From: a virus
IMG/VR virus record: IMGVR_UViG_3300005327_000002
Location: 16,092-80,091 of that record
DNA: 64,000 nucleotides
Reading direction: 5' to 3' (one strand)
Both the position numbers and the translations under genes were made by a program. Positions 35,638-44,355 of this stretch are shown in pieces. The notes below the pieces were generated by a model. It did no database searches. It had not been told where the DNA came from and saw nothing but the letters and a program-made list of their open reading frames with translations. Each line of letters starts with the position of its first letter. Position 1 is the first letter of the stretch.

Positions 35638-36948
35638 TCACGCCGCGTCCACGCGGGCCGCGATCTCCACCCGGACCCGGGCCGAACCGTCCACCGGCGA
35701 CTGCGCGACCAGCTCCACGCACCAGCCGCCCCCGCACCCGAACACCGGCCAGGAGAAGCTGCTGCCCTGCGGGCCCGTCATCACCGGCCGACCGCTGCCG
35801 CCCGGGCACGACATGGACGCGCGCAGCTGGCGGCCGTCCAGGACCACGGTGGAGCGCTTCGGCAGGTACGCGATGTTCAGATCGGCGCACGCGGAGCACG
35901 GGTCCGGGTCCTGCTCGGTGCACGGGATGCCCAGCGGGTTGGAGTAGAAGCGCACCGTCAGGCGCCGCAGGTCCGTCTCCCCCGTCTCGATCGTCACCAC
36001 CGGCACCGACTCCCACCAGTCCGGCACGTGGTCCGGGGCGACCGTCAGCAGGGTGCGCTGCGCCGCCATCGCCCCGGTGGGGTAGCAGGCGTTCGCGGGC
36101 AGCGCCGGGAAGAACGGGAACGGCGGCGGCGGGCAGTTGGGGTCCGACGGGCACGGGGACGCCGCCACGGACGCGCACTGGGCGTAGATCGCGTCCGGGT
36201 CGTAGTCGGGCACGAAGGAGCCGTGGGACAGGTCGACCCACCCGCCGGAGGCATCGGTGGGCTGGCAGTAGATCCAAGGGTTGGCCAGCGCCAGGGTGAC
36301 CTCCACCGTCAGCAGCACCGGCACGCCGGGGTCGCAGCCCTGCGGACCGCACCCGGCCGACCCCGGCAGGTACTCCCGCGCGGTCTCCGAAGGCCCGTCG
36401 ATCACGCCGACGTCGTACATGGTGCGCAGCTCCTGCTCCCCGGGGAGCCGGTCGGCGCCGGAGGGCGGGGTGCAGCCCGGGCAGCAGGCGTACATGCACA
36501 TCACGTCCCCGCCGCAGGCGTCCGGGCGGCACAGGCGGCCCTTCAGCGCCGCCGACAGGTACCCCAGCGCGTAGGACGCCGCGCAGTCACCCAGTGCCAG
36601 CACCTGGAACTGCAGGCGCACCTCCCGGTGCGGGGTGCGCAGCCCCGACAGGATGCCGCCTCCGCCCGGCAGGTCGGTGACCGTGCGGGCCGTCGGCGCG
36701 CTCTGGAATCCGTCCGCGCCGGTGCACCACACGCCCAGCAGCTGGCCGGACTCCGGCCGCGACGGGTCCCACCACGGCGCGTCGTCGGCCTCCGGCGTCT
36801 CGTAGTACGGCCAGCCCAGGACCTGCTCCAGCCCGTCGCACGGCGGGCAGGCGACCTGGACGCCGTAGCGGTCGGCGTAGGCCCGGGCCCGGGCCGTGTT
36901 GGCCAGCTCCGACCCGGCGAAGGCGATCCACCCCGTGTACATCAGCAC
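35638..36948 (-). CDS. Minor tail protein (Dit-like, Cys-rich)
   Basis: ELANTAR..AY, DDAPWWDP..PES, ANPWIY, VVLDG; position in the tail block. Confidence 0.7.
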   Translation of the reverse strand: MLMYTGWIAFAGSELANTARARAYADRYGVQVACPPCDGLEQVLGWPYYETPEADDAPWWDPSRPESGQLLGVWCTGADGFQSAPTARTVTDLPGGGGILSGLRTPHREVRLQFQVLALGDCAASYALGYLSAALKGRLCRPDACGGDVMCMYACCPGCTPPSGADRLPGEQELRTMYDVGVIDGPSETAREYLPGSAGCGPQGCDPGVPVLLTVEVTLALANPWIYCQPTDASGGWVDLSHGSFVPDYDPDAIYAQCASVAASPCPSDPNCPPPPFPFFPALPANACYPTGAMAAQRTLLTVAPDHVPDWWESVPVVTIETGETDLRRLTVRFYSNPLGIPCTEQDPDPCSACADLNIAYLPKRSTVVLDGRQLRASMSCPGGSGRPVMTGPQGSSFSWPVFGCGGGWCVELVAQSPVDGSARVRVEIAARVDAA

Positions 36949-37226
36949 ACCCTCCGGAAGCGCAGGGACCCGTCGTCGGCCACGTACCGCTCATAGCGGG
37001 GGCACGTGCCGTCCGCAGCGGCGGAGGCCGCCACAGGGCCCGCCAGGGCCGCCCGCGCGGCCGTGGAGGACACGCCCCCGGTGGTGCCGTCCTCCCAGAC
37101 GCTCACCAGCTGGGTGCCGTTGGGCGAGTTGAGCACCGGCTGCGCCCGCAGCGCCGCCAGCAGCTGCTGCAGGCGGACGGCGGACGGCAGCCCCGGCACG
37201 GCGCCGGGAACGGCGTACAGCGGCAT
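36942..37226 (-). CDS. Small tail-module protein
   Basis: GAGGAGG RBS; between minor tail genes. Confidence 0.6.
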   Translation of the reverse strand: MPLYAVPGAVPGLPSAVRLQQLLAALRAQPVLNSPNGTQLVSVWEDGTTGGVSSTAARAALAGPVAASAAADGTCPRYERYVADDGSLRFRRVC

Positions 37227-37236
37227 CAGGGCCTCC

Positions 37237-38463
37237 TCACGGGTTGTCGGTCGGCAGGGCCATCAGCGGCGCCAGCGAGACGGTGACCTTCTCCCCGCCG
37301 GTCGACCACTCCCCGCCGACGTAGACCAGGCGCAGCCCCTGGCGGACCTCCACGCACCGGTCGGTGAACAGCACGTCCACCCGCACCCCGGGGATGAGTC
37401 GCTTGATGTCCACCGGCGCGGTCGGTGCCAGCTGCGCCCGGTCCCCGACTTCGAAGGACACCGGCCACACGGTGCGGCCGCGCAGCAGCTCCTGGGCGTA
37501 GCGGGTCAGCAGCTGCTGCTCCTGGCCCTGCTGGTCCTGGGGGATGGAGACCTTCGTGCCGACGTCCAGGCGCCCGAACAGGCGCGTCCAGCGGTTGTCC
37601 TCCCCGGACGGGTCGACGCACCGCACCCCGGCGGTCACCGCCATGCCGGAGTTCTCCGTGGTCTGGGAGGTGGCCCAGGCCCGGGTGGCGATCTGGTCGA
37701 TCGACCGGACCACGCGCACCGCGCCGCCCAGGTCTTCGGCGGTGAGCAGCGCCTGGGCGTTGGTCCACCACAGGTTGCCCGTCGGGTCGGGGGTGAGCCC
37801 GGCGCCGGGCTTCACCAGCAGGGAGCGCCGGTACACCGTCCAGTCGAAGCCCTGGTCCGACAGGTCGTTCAGGATCTCCAGCAGCGGCACGTACCAGGAG
37901 TCCCGGGTGGTCGACTCCCACCGCACCCCGGTGTAGTAACCCACCATGCTGTCCAGCATGTTGGGCCAGTCCGGCTCACAGGAGTAGTCGCTGTCCAGGA
38001 GGTTGTCCGCGATCGTGCCCAGGGCCACGTCCATGATGTCGCGGGGGCTGTCGGGCAGGCCCTGGATCACCTTCGTGTTCCAGCAGCGGCCCAGCCACAG
38101 CCCCATGTCCTGGGCCTGGATCGTGATCTGGGAGCCCTCCGTGGAGGTGTGGGTGACCGGGCCGCACCACACCAGGTCCGCGTCCCGGTAGACGTGCAGT
38201 TCGTGGCCGCCGGGCATCAGCTTGGACAGCGGTTCGCAGCACTCGGTGGAGGCCTGCGCCAGGTCCAGCACGCACTCCGCCTCCGAGACGTCGCACAGGC
38301 GCCGGTCCCACTTCACCGTGAGCAGCATGCGGTCCGTCTGGTCGGCCTGCAGGTACGGCACCGTGCCGCCGCGCCAGAACAGGGCGACGTGCAGGGCCTG
38401 CGGGCAGCCCAGGGTGTCGCCCGGCTTCAGGTTCTCCCACACCCCCAGGGACATCAGACCCAC
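37237..38463 (-). CDS. Minor tail protein (Tal / baseplate hub-like)
   Basis: W.R.L.DVS, HELHVYRD..LVW.GPV, LIPGV; directly after the tape measure gene. Confidence 0.75.
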   Translation of the reverse strand: MGLMSLGVWENLKPGDTLGCPQALHVALFWRGGTVPYLQADQTDRMLLTVKWDRRLCDVSEAECVLDLAQASTECCEPLSKLMPGGHELHVYRDADLVWCGPVTHTSTEGSQITIQAQDMGLWLGRCWNTKVIQGLPDSPRDIMDVALGTIADNLLDSDYSCEPDWPNMLDSMVGYYTGVRWESTTRDSWYVPLLEILNDLSDQGFDWTVYRRSLLVKPGAGLTPDPTGNLWWTNAQALLTAEDLGGAVRVVRSIDQIATRAWATSQTTENSGMAVTAGVRCVDPSGEDNRWTRLFGRLDVGTKVSIPQDQQGQEQQLLTRYAQELLRGRTVWPVSFEVGDRAQLAPTAPVDIKRLIPGVRVDVLFTDRCVEVRQGLRLVYVGGEWSTGGEKVTVSLAPLMALPTDNP

Positions 38464-41400
38464 GCCCCCTGGACGGAGGAGCCGAACAGGGAGCCGACGC
38501 GGGCGGCCACCAGGTTGGCCAGCAGCCGGGAGTCCTGCGCCTGCGACTGGATCACGAACGTCTGGGTGACCTGGGCGCCGCCGTCCGGCTGCTGGCCGTC
38601 GCGGCGCTGGATCATCGCGGTAAGGCCGGACAGGTCGGCCAGCTGCAGCGCCCGCTGGCGGTTGGTCAGCGGGATGACGACCTCCGCCCCGGCCTCACCG
38701 ATCAGCGCGGTGGTGGGGCCGGTGACGATCGCGCCCCGGGCCAGGCGGGGAATGTGCGGGATGTCCACCGGGGAGAAGTCGTTGAAGCCGTCGGCAAACT
38801 TGTTGATCAGGTCGATTCCCTGATTGATCATCGCCTTCAGTCCGGACCAGATGGTGGAGCCGAAGGACGACAGCGCGGAGCCGATCTTGCCCGGCAGGCC
38901 GGAGAAGAAGCCCGCGATCCGGTCGATCCCCTCCGAAGCTTTCTGACCGGCCCAGGACAGGGCGCTTGACACGGCGTCACCGACCGAACTGCCCAGCGAC
39001 GCAAGGGCGTTGTAGGCCCGGCCGGGCAGCGCGCGGAACCACGCCAGGACGGCGTCACCCCAGGACGGCAGGGTGACCGCCACGAAGTTGATCGCGGATT
39101 CGAAGACGCTTGCGATCATGGAACCCAGGGACGACAGGGCAGAGCCGATCCGGCCCGGCAGGTCCTTGAACCACTGCAGGACGGCGTCGATCGCGGCCGG
39201 GATCGCCTGGATCAGGAACTGCACGGCCCCGATCACGACCGATACGAGCATGCCCGCCAGCGCACCCAGGGCGTACGCGATCCGGCCGGGCAGCGCCGCG
39301 AAGAAGTCCACCACGGCCTGGAACCACACCGGCAGGGTCTCCGTCACGAACGACGCCGCCGCCGTCCAGGCCGCCGTCAGCCCTTGCACCAGCAGGTCGC
39401 CCAGGGAGGAGAACCAGCCGGGCACCGTGACCGTGAAGAAGTCGGCCACGGCCGTGCCGATCGGCGCCAGCCACTCACCGATCTTGCCCGCCAGGCCGAC
39501 GACAGCGCCGACGATCGCGGCGCCGATCGCCACCGCGATCACTGTAGGCAGCGCCGCGAAGAACAGCACCACCTTGGCCGCGATGGGCCCCCACTGGTCG
39601 ATGCTGGAGCCGATCTTGTCACCCAGGGAGAAGACGGCGGACAGCACCTTCGGCGCGGCATCCTCCACCCCCTGGGCAACCTTTTCGATCAGCTGGCCGC
39701 CCAGGTCAAGGGCCGCCTTCGCCAGCGGCGGCCCGTACGTCTTCGCCCCGTCGATCAAGGACCCGATCACCCGGGCGCCGGTCTCCTTCAGATCCGGCCA
39801 GGCCTTCTTCAGGTTGTCCGCCGCCTGGGAGATCGCGGTCTTCAGGGCGGGCAGCGCGTCCTCCACGGACGCTTCGAACTCCCCGATCCCGGAGAAGTCC
39901 CCGGAGAAGATCCCGCCCAGCAGCGTCCGGGCGTTGCGCGCCACGGACTGCAGCTTCGTACCCAGGTTGTCGCGCAGGGCGTCCGCCGCCTTGTCGCTGG
40001 CCCCGGCGACGTCGCCCAGCGACTGGGCGGCGGTCTGCAGGTTCAGGTTGAAGAAGGCCTCACCCTGGGTGATGCCCGGGTCACCGAACAGGGCGCGCAC
40101 CGCGTTGACCGCGTCCTGCGACCCGGGCCCCAGCTCCCGGATTCGGTCCAGGACCTTTCCCAGCCCGGCCCGGGCGGAGTCACCGCCCTTCAGCACCTGG
40201 GCGGACAGGTCGTCGAAGTCGATCCCGATCGCCTTCAGGGCATCGGTGGTCCCCTGCGCCTCCGTGGTGGCCTTCTCGAAGAACTGCGTGATGCCGTCGG
40301 CCAGGGCGTCGCTGTCCTTGGCGCCCTTCTGCAGGCCCTGGTTGAGCAGGCCCATGGCGTCGCTGGCGTTCAGGCCCAGCTGGTGGAACATCACCGGGTA
40401 CTCGGAGAAGGTGTCCAGCAGGTCGTCCGCGATGCCCACGTTCAGCTGCTGGCCCCGGATCAGGATGTCCATGGCCTCCTGGGCGGACCCGGCCAGCTGG
40501 TTCTTCAGGATCGTGGACACCGCCCGCGCGGCGCCGCCCACGTCCCCCTCCAGGACCGTGGCCACGTCCTGCAGCTTCGTGGACAGCCCCTCCAGCCCCA
40601 GGCCCGTGGTGTCGAAGTTCAGCAGCCCCTGGCGCAGCACCTGCTTGACGGCGTCGGCGCCCTCCTCCACGGAGTCCGTGACGCCCTTGGTGTACAGGTG
40701 CCCGGCCACGGTCCCGGCTTCGTGCGCGGCGTCGTCGCTGGCCCCCAGGGCGGCCCGCAGCGAGCCCTCCAGGACCTGGCGGTCCATCATCTGGGAGAAG
40801 GCCTCCGTGAACTGCTCCCGGACCGTGTCGGCGACCTTCAGGAACACGCCCACGGTGATGGCGGCCGCCGCCGCCACGGCCGCCGCAGCCCCGGCCTTGG
40901 CCGACGCCCCGAAGGACGCCATGAAGCCGCCCCCGGCCTCCTCCCCGGCCGCGTCGATGCCCTCCGTGTCGGCGTCCACCTCCACGGTCACCGGGTCCGC
41001 TTCGATCCCGTCGATCTCCGCTTCGGCCCGGGAGGTGTCGGCCGTGACCTCCACCTGGACGCGCTGCGCCGCGTCCCCGACGTCGCGCACCTCCGACTCC
41101 GCGCGGGAGGTGTCCGCGATCACGTCGATCTGGACCACCTCACCGTCCAGGCGGTCGATCTCCCGGGCGACGTCGCCGGTGTCGGCGTCCACCTGGACTT
41201 CGACGTCCGGCACCCGGGTGGACTCGATCTCCTGGACCAGGCCGTCCGTGTCGGCGGTCACCTCCACGTCGGCGGTCAGGTCCTGGGAGGCGCGGTCCAG
41301 GTCGCGGCGCAGCCCCTGCAGCAGCTCCCGGGCGTCGGCGGTCAGGGCGATGCTGGCGGTGATCCCGCCGATCGCGTCGCGCACCGCCCGGGCGAAGCCG

Positions 41401-41525
41401 TTCAGGTCGGGGGCCATCTTGACCTTGAAGGCGGGCATCCGCGCCAGCTTGCGGGCCAGGTCCTGCTGGAACTTGGCCGTGTCCGCTTCTACTTCAACCG
41501 CCGCTGTGGCGTAGGGAGTTGACAC
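38454..41525 (-). CDS. Tape measure protein
   Basis: 1023 aa, Ala/Gly-rich helical; DDLLDTFSEY, WF..LPGRI repeats, IPRLARG..ALIGEAGAEVVIPL; N-terminal V.V.ADT repeats. Confidence 0.9.
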   Translation of the reverse strand: MSTPYATAAVEVEADTAKFQQDLARKLARMPAFKVKMAPDLNGFARAVRDAIGGITASIALTADARELLQGLRRDLDRASQDLTADVEVTADTDGLVQEIESTRVPDVEVQVDADTGDVAREIDRLDGEVVQIDVIADTSRAESEVRDVGDAAQRVQVEVTADTSRAEAEIDGIEADPVTVEVDADTEGIDAAGEEAGGGFMASFGASAKAGAAAAVAAAAAITVGVFLKVADTVREQFTEAFSQMMDRQVLEGSLRAALGASDDAAHEAGTVAGHLYTKGVTDSVEEGADAVKQVLRQGLLNFDTTGLGLEGLSTKLQDVATVLEGDVGGAARAVSTILKNQLAGSAQEAMDILIRGQQLNVGIADDLLDTFSEYPVMFHQLGLNASDAMGLLNQGLQKGAKDSDALADGITQFFEKATTEAQGTTDALKAIGIDFDDLSAQVLKGGDSARAGLGKVLDRIRELGPGSQDAVNAVRALFGDPGITQGEAFFNLNLQTAAQSLGDVAGASDKAADALRDNLGTKLQSVARNARTLLGGIFSGDFSGIGEFEASVEDALPALKTAISQAADNLKKAWPDLKETGARVIGSLIDGAKTYGPPLAKAALDLGGQLIEKVAQGVEDAAPKVLSAVFSLGDKIGSSIDQWGPIAAKVVLFFAALPTVIAVAIGAAIVGAVVGLAGKIGEWLAPIGTAVADFFTVTVPGWFSSLGDLLVQGLTAAWTAAASFVTETLPVWFQAVVDFFAALPGRIAYALGALAGMLVSVVIGAVQFLIQAIPAAIDAVLQWFKDLPGRIGSALSSLGSMIASVFESAINFVAVTLPSWGDAVLAWFRALPGRAYNALASLGSSVGDAVSSALSWAGQKASEGIDRIAGFFSGLPGKIGSALSSFGSTIWSGLKAMINQGIDLINKFADGFNDFSPVDIPHIPRLARGAIVTGPTTALIGEAGAEVVIPLTNRQRALQLADLSGLTAMIQRRDGQQPDGGAQVTQTFVIQSQAQDSRLLANLVAARVGSLFGSSVQGAWV

Positions 41526-41529
41526 GTGC

Positions 41530-42012
41530 TCACCCCCTGGCCTTCACGCCGGGCGGGGGCATGAACATGCGGGTGGACCAGCCCTTGACCTCCGCCGGGC
41601 CGTCCATCCGCTCCACCCGGTAGGCCACCGCGCTGGCCAGGATGCGCCGGGCGTCCTCCCGCTCCGGGTCGAAGCCCCTGCGCACGCACCACACCGTCCA
41701 CGCCAGGTGCTCCTCCGCGACCTCCAGGAGGATGCGGTGGGCGGCCCACCACGGCATGCCGTACACCTGCTCCGCGACCGCGAAGGCCACCGGGCGCAGC
41801 GCCATGTAGTCCAGGACGTCGTCCGGGTCCTCCAGGCGCTCCTGCCACCAGGCGCGCTGATCGTCCGGCAGGTGGCCGGGGAACAGCGGGCGCCAGTCGT
41901 CGGCGGCCGCCCAGGTGCACGCCAGCGGTCCCGGCGGCTGCTCCATGGTGACCAGGTAGGCCTGGCCGTCCATGTCCACCGGGACAGCGACGGGGGCGAC
42001 GGTGCCGAACAC
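41530..42012 (-). CDS. Tail assembly chaperone (downstream)
   Basis: Directly upstream of tape measure; GMPWWAA..L motif. Confidence 0.6.
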   Translation of the reverse strand: MFGTVAPVAVPVDMDGQAYLVTMEQPPGPLACTWAAADDWRPLFPGHLPDDQRAWWQERLEDPDDVLDYMALRPVAFAVAEQVYGMPWWAAHRILLEVAEEHLAWTVWCVRRGFDPEREDARRILASAVAYRVERMDGPAEVKGWSTRMFMPPPGVKARG

Positions 42013-42014
42013 CG

Positions 42015-42485
42015 TCAGCGGCGACCGGCCGCCACGGCGGCGCGGCGGGTGGAGGACTTCTTCGCCGGGGAGGCGGCCTTCTTCACCGGGATGGTGCGCG
42101 GCTTCTGGCCGGAGCCGATGGCCTTCAGCTGCTCCTGGACCTGGTCACCCCAGCGCGGGCCGTCCGGGTCGTTCAGCAGGTACTGGGTCAGCTGGTACAG
42201 CGTCGTGATCGACACCTCCCCGTTGTCCGGGTCCAGCAGCATGGCCTCCACCCGGGCGGCCGGTTCGGTGCCCAGCATGGCGGCCATGAAGCGGGTGACC
42301 AGAGACAGGGAGCGCTTCTCCTCCTGGTAGATCATCACCAGGACGGAGTCCTTCGGGCAGTGCGCTTCGAAGACCTCCCCGCCGATGCGGACCCAGGCGG
42401 TGCGCCCGGTCTTCGTGGCCAGGGCGGCGGTGTCGATCTCGACAGCGGGGGTGGCGGGCGCGGCGGCGCGGGGCATCGGGGGCAC
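42015..42485 (-). CDS. Tail assembly chaperone (upstream)
   Basis: Position; F.A..PK and LLDPD motifs. Confidence 0.55.
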   Translation of the reverse strand: MPPMPRAAAPATPAVEIDTAALATKTGRTAWVRIGGEVFEAHCPKDSVLVMIYQEEKRSLSLVTRFMAAMLGTEPAARVEAMLLDPDNGEVSITTLYQLTQYLLNDPDGPRWGDQVQEQLKAIGSGQKPRTIPVKKAASPAKKSSTRRAAVAAGRR

Positions 42486-42650
42486 CTTCCGGTAGGACCA
42501 CCGACGACTCCCGGGGAGGGGGGCGCCGCCGGTGGATCTGGCAGCGGTCCCGCCCGGGGCGGCGGTACGGCCTGGTGCGACCTACACCCGATGTGACCCA
42601 GTATGCACCTTCTGTGACCCGGCCTGGTGGACCCGGCTACGCTCCGACGC

Positions 42651-43211
42651 ATGACCGGAGCCCCGCACCGCTGCATCGACGCCTGCCACTGCCCCGACCA
42701 CGGCACCCCGCTGCTGTTCGCCCCCGCCAGCGGGGAGCACGCCTGCCCGGACGCGGACTGCCGGTACTCCGGCGGCCTGGAGAGCGCGGAGGAGGCCCGG
42801 CGCACCGGCCTGTGGCTGAACGACGCCGCCGTGGACCACGGCTTCATCCAGGCCTGCATGTACGCGGGCCTGTGGACCGCCCGGAACGGAGCCGACCGGG
42901 CGGCCGGGGAGCTGCTGGACGCCCTGTACGCCCAGTCCAGGCTGCGCAAGCTGGCCGCCGGGAAGGCCCGGACCGGGGAAGGGGACAGCGCCTACGGGCC
43001 CGGCACGCCGTACCTGGAGCACCTGGTGCTGCGCCAGCACCTGGCCCTGGTGGCGGAGGGGACCGGTCCGGCCGACCCGCTGGTGACCGACCACGCCACC
43101 CTGCAGCACGCCGCAGAGCGCGCCGGGTACCTGCTCACCCCGGAGCAGCGGGAGGAGATCCAGACCGTCGGCCAGCCCCTGGACTTCACCGTCCCGCCGC
43201 CCGGCCGCTAG
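42651..43211 (+). CDS. Hypothetical protein with N-terminal Cys/His cluster, opposite to the tail genes
   Basis: C.DACHCPDH..HACPD..C; TACGCT-N7-ATG. Confidence 0.65.
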   Translation: MTGAPHRCIDACHCPDHGTPLLFAPASGEHACPDADCRYSGGLESAEEARRTGLWLNDAAVDHGFIQACMYAGLWTARNGADRAAGELLDALYAQSRLRKLAAGKARTGEGDSAYGPGTPYLEHLVLRQHLALVAEGTGPADPLVTDHATLQHAAERAGYLLTPEQREEIQTVGQPLDFTVPPPGR

Positions 43212-43594
43212 TCGTTCTCCCGGATCGCGTACCGGTCGCCCAGCAGCTCCTTCAGCGCGTCGACCAGCCACGGCTGCGCGGCGGCCGCCCGCACCCGGCG
43301 CACGAAGCGCGGATAGGGGGATGGCAGCGGGCCCAGCACCTTGCCCGGCCGGGCCTGCACGGGACCGCGCCCCTGGTGGACGTACGGGGCGTAGGGGATC
43401 GCGGTGTAGACCCAGCCGCGCACCCGGGTGCCCTCCGTCCAGACCTTGAACTTCTGCGACTTCCACAGGTCCCCGTCACGCTCCGGCGCGGTGCGCAGCG
43501 CCCGGTTCCAGACCCGCATCACGTCCCGCTCCACGGCCCCGCTGACCGCGTCCAGCAGGACGTCATCCCTCACCGTCAACAGCCTGATGGCCAT
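43208..43594 (-). CDS. HK97 gp10-like neck protein
   Basis: AP.RDGDL..S, YAPYVHQG, QPWL.DAL. Confidence 0.75.
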   Translation of the reverse strand: MAIRLLTVRDDVLLDAVSGAVERDVMRVWNRALRTAPERDGDLWKSQKFKVWTEGTRVRGWVYTAIPYAPYVHQGRGPVQARPGKVLGPLPSPYPRFVRRVRAAAAQPWLVDALKELLGDRYAIREND

Positions 43595-43808
43595 CTTCGA
43601 ACTCCTTCCACGCGGTCCAGTGGGACAGGTCCCCGACGACGTCCACGAACACCGGGGCGCGCGGCGCCGGGACGGTGCCGGGGTCCAGGTCGTCGTAGGC
43701 GCCTTCGTCGGCGTACCGGTGGCAGCGCCCGCAGTAGCGGTGCTTGGCGTCGGCCGGGTGCTGCGACGTCGCGGTGCAGTGCGGGCAGGTGTAGGCCACG
43801 GCGGTCAC
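43563..43808 (-). CDS. Small zinc-finger protein
   Basis: YTCPHC.ATS.HP.D..RYCGRCH. Confidence 0.65.
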   Translation of the reverse strand: MTAVAYTCPHCTATSQHPADAKHRYCGRCHRYADEGAYDDLDPGTVPAPRAPVFVDVVGDLSHWTAWKEFEDGHQAVDGEG

Positions 43809-44197
43809 TTCCCCGGGGCGTAGGACGGCGGCCGGTGCCGCCAGGCGGTGCGCGTGGCACAGGCCATGTTGGTCAGCACGACGCCCAGGGCCACGCCGAC
43901 GTAGTACCAGATCCCGGCGGAGGGGAGCAGCAGCACGGTGCCGATGCCGACCAGGAGCCCGTCCACGGCCACCTCCGCAGCGACCACCCGCCAGCCGGTC
44001 CAGCGGCGGCGCAGCCGGGGCGTGATGTGCGTCCACGCCGTCCAGGCGGCCACCAGCCACGCGGCCGTCCCGGCCACCAGCAGGGCGGCGCCGTCCGGGC
44101 CCGCGCGGTGCAGCGCCCGGGCGAAGGAGCCCAGGAGCAGCACCGCCAGCATCCACAGGACCAGGGCCCAGCCCGCGTCTGTCATGAACCTGCGCAT
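43805..44197 (-). CDS. Multi-pass membrane protein (possible holin)
   Basis: About four hydrophobic helices. Confidence 0.55.
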   Translation of the reverse strand: MRRFMTDAGWALVLWMLAVLLLGSFARALHRAGPDGAALLVAGTAAWLVAAWTAWTHITPRLRRRWTGWRVVAAEVAVDGLLVGIGTVLLLPSAGIWYYVGVALGVVLTNMACATRTAWRHRPPSYAPGK

Positions 44198-44199
44198 GA

Positions 44200-44343
44200 T
44201 CACCATCCGATCCAGCGTCCGAAGACGCACCAGACAATGCCGATGTACGTCAGCAGGGAGCCGCCGACGACCAGCGCGGCCAGCGCGGTGGACTCCGCGA
44301 ACCGGCGCAGCGTCCGGCGCCACAGGGCCCTCCAGTCCGTCAC
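44200..44343 (-). CDS. 47-aa membrane protein
   Basis: GAGGGGAGG RBS; VTDWRALWRR..ALVVGGSLLTYIGIVW; too short for the ORF track. Confidence 0.5.
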   Translation of the reverse strand: MTDWRALWRRTLRRFAESTALAALVVGGSLLTYIGIVWCVFGRWIGW

Positions 44344-44355
44344 GCGGCCCTCCCC

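Noticed and set aside
40960-41290. V.V.ADT repeats in the tape measure N-terminus as a novel repeat
   Set aside because: Protein-level repeats familiar from actinophage tape measure proteins
41530-42485. Programmed frameshift between tail chaperone genes
   Set aside because: No convincing XXXYYYZ slippery site seen near the junction
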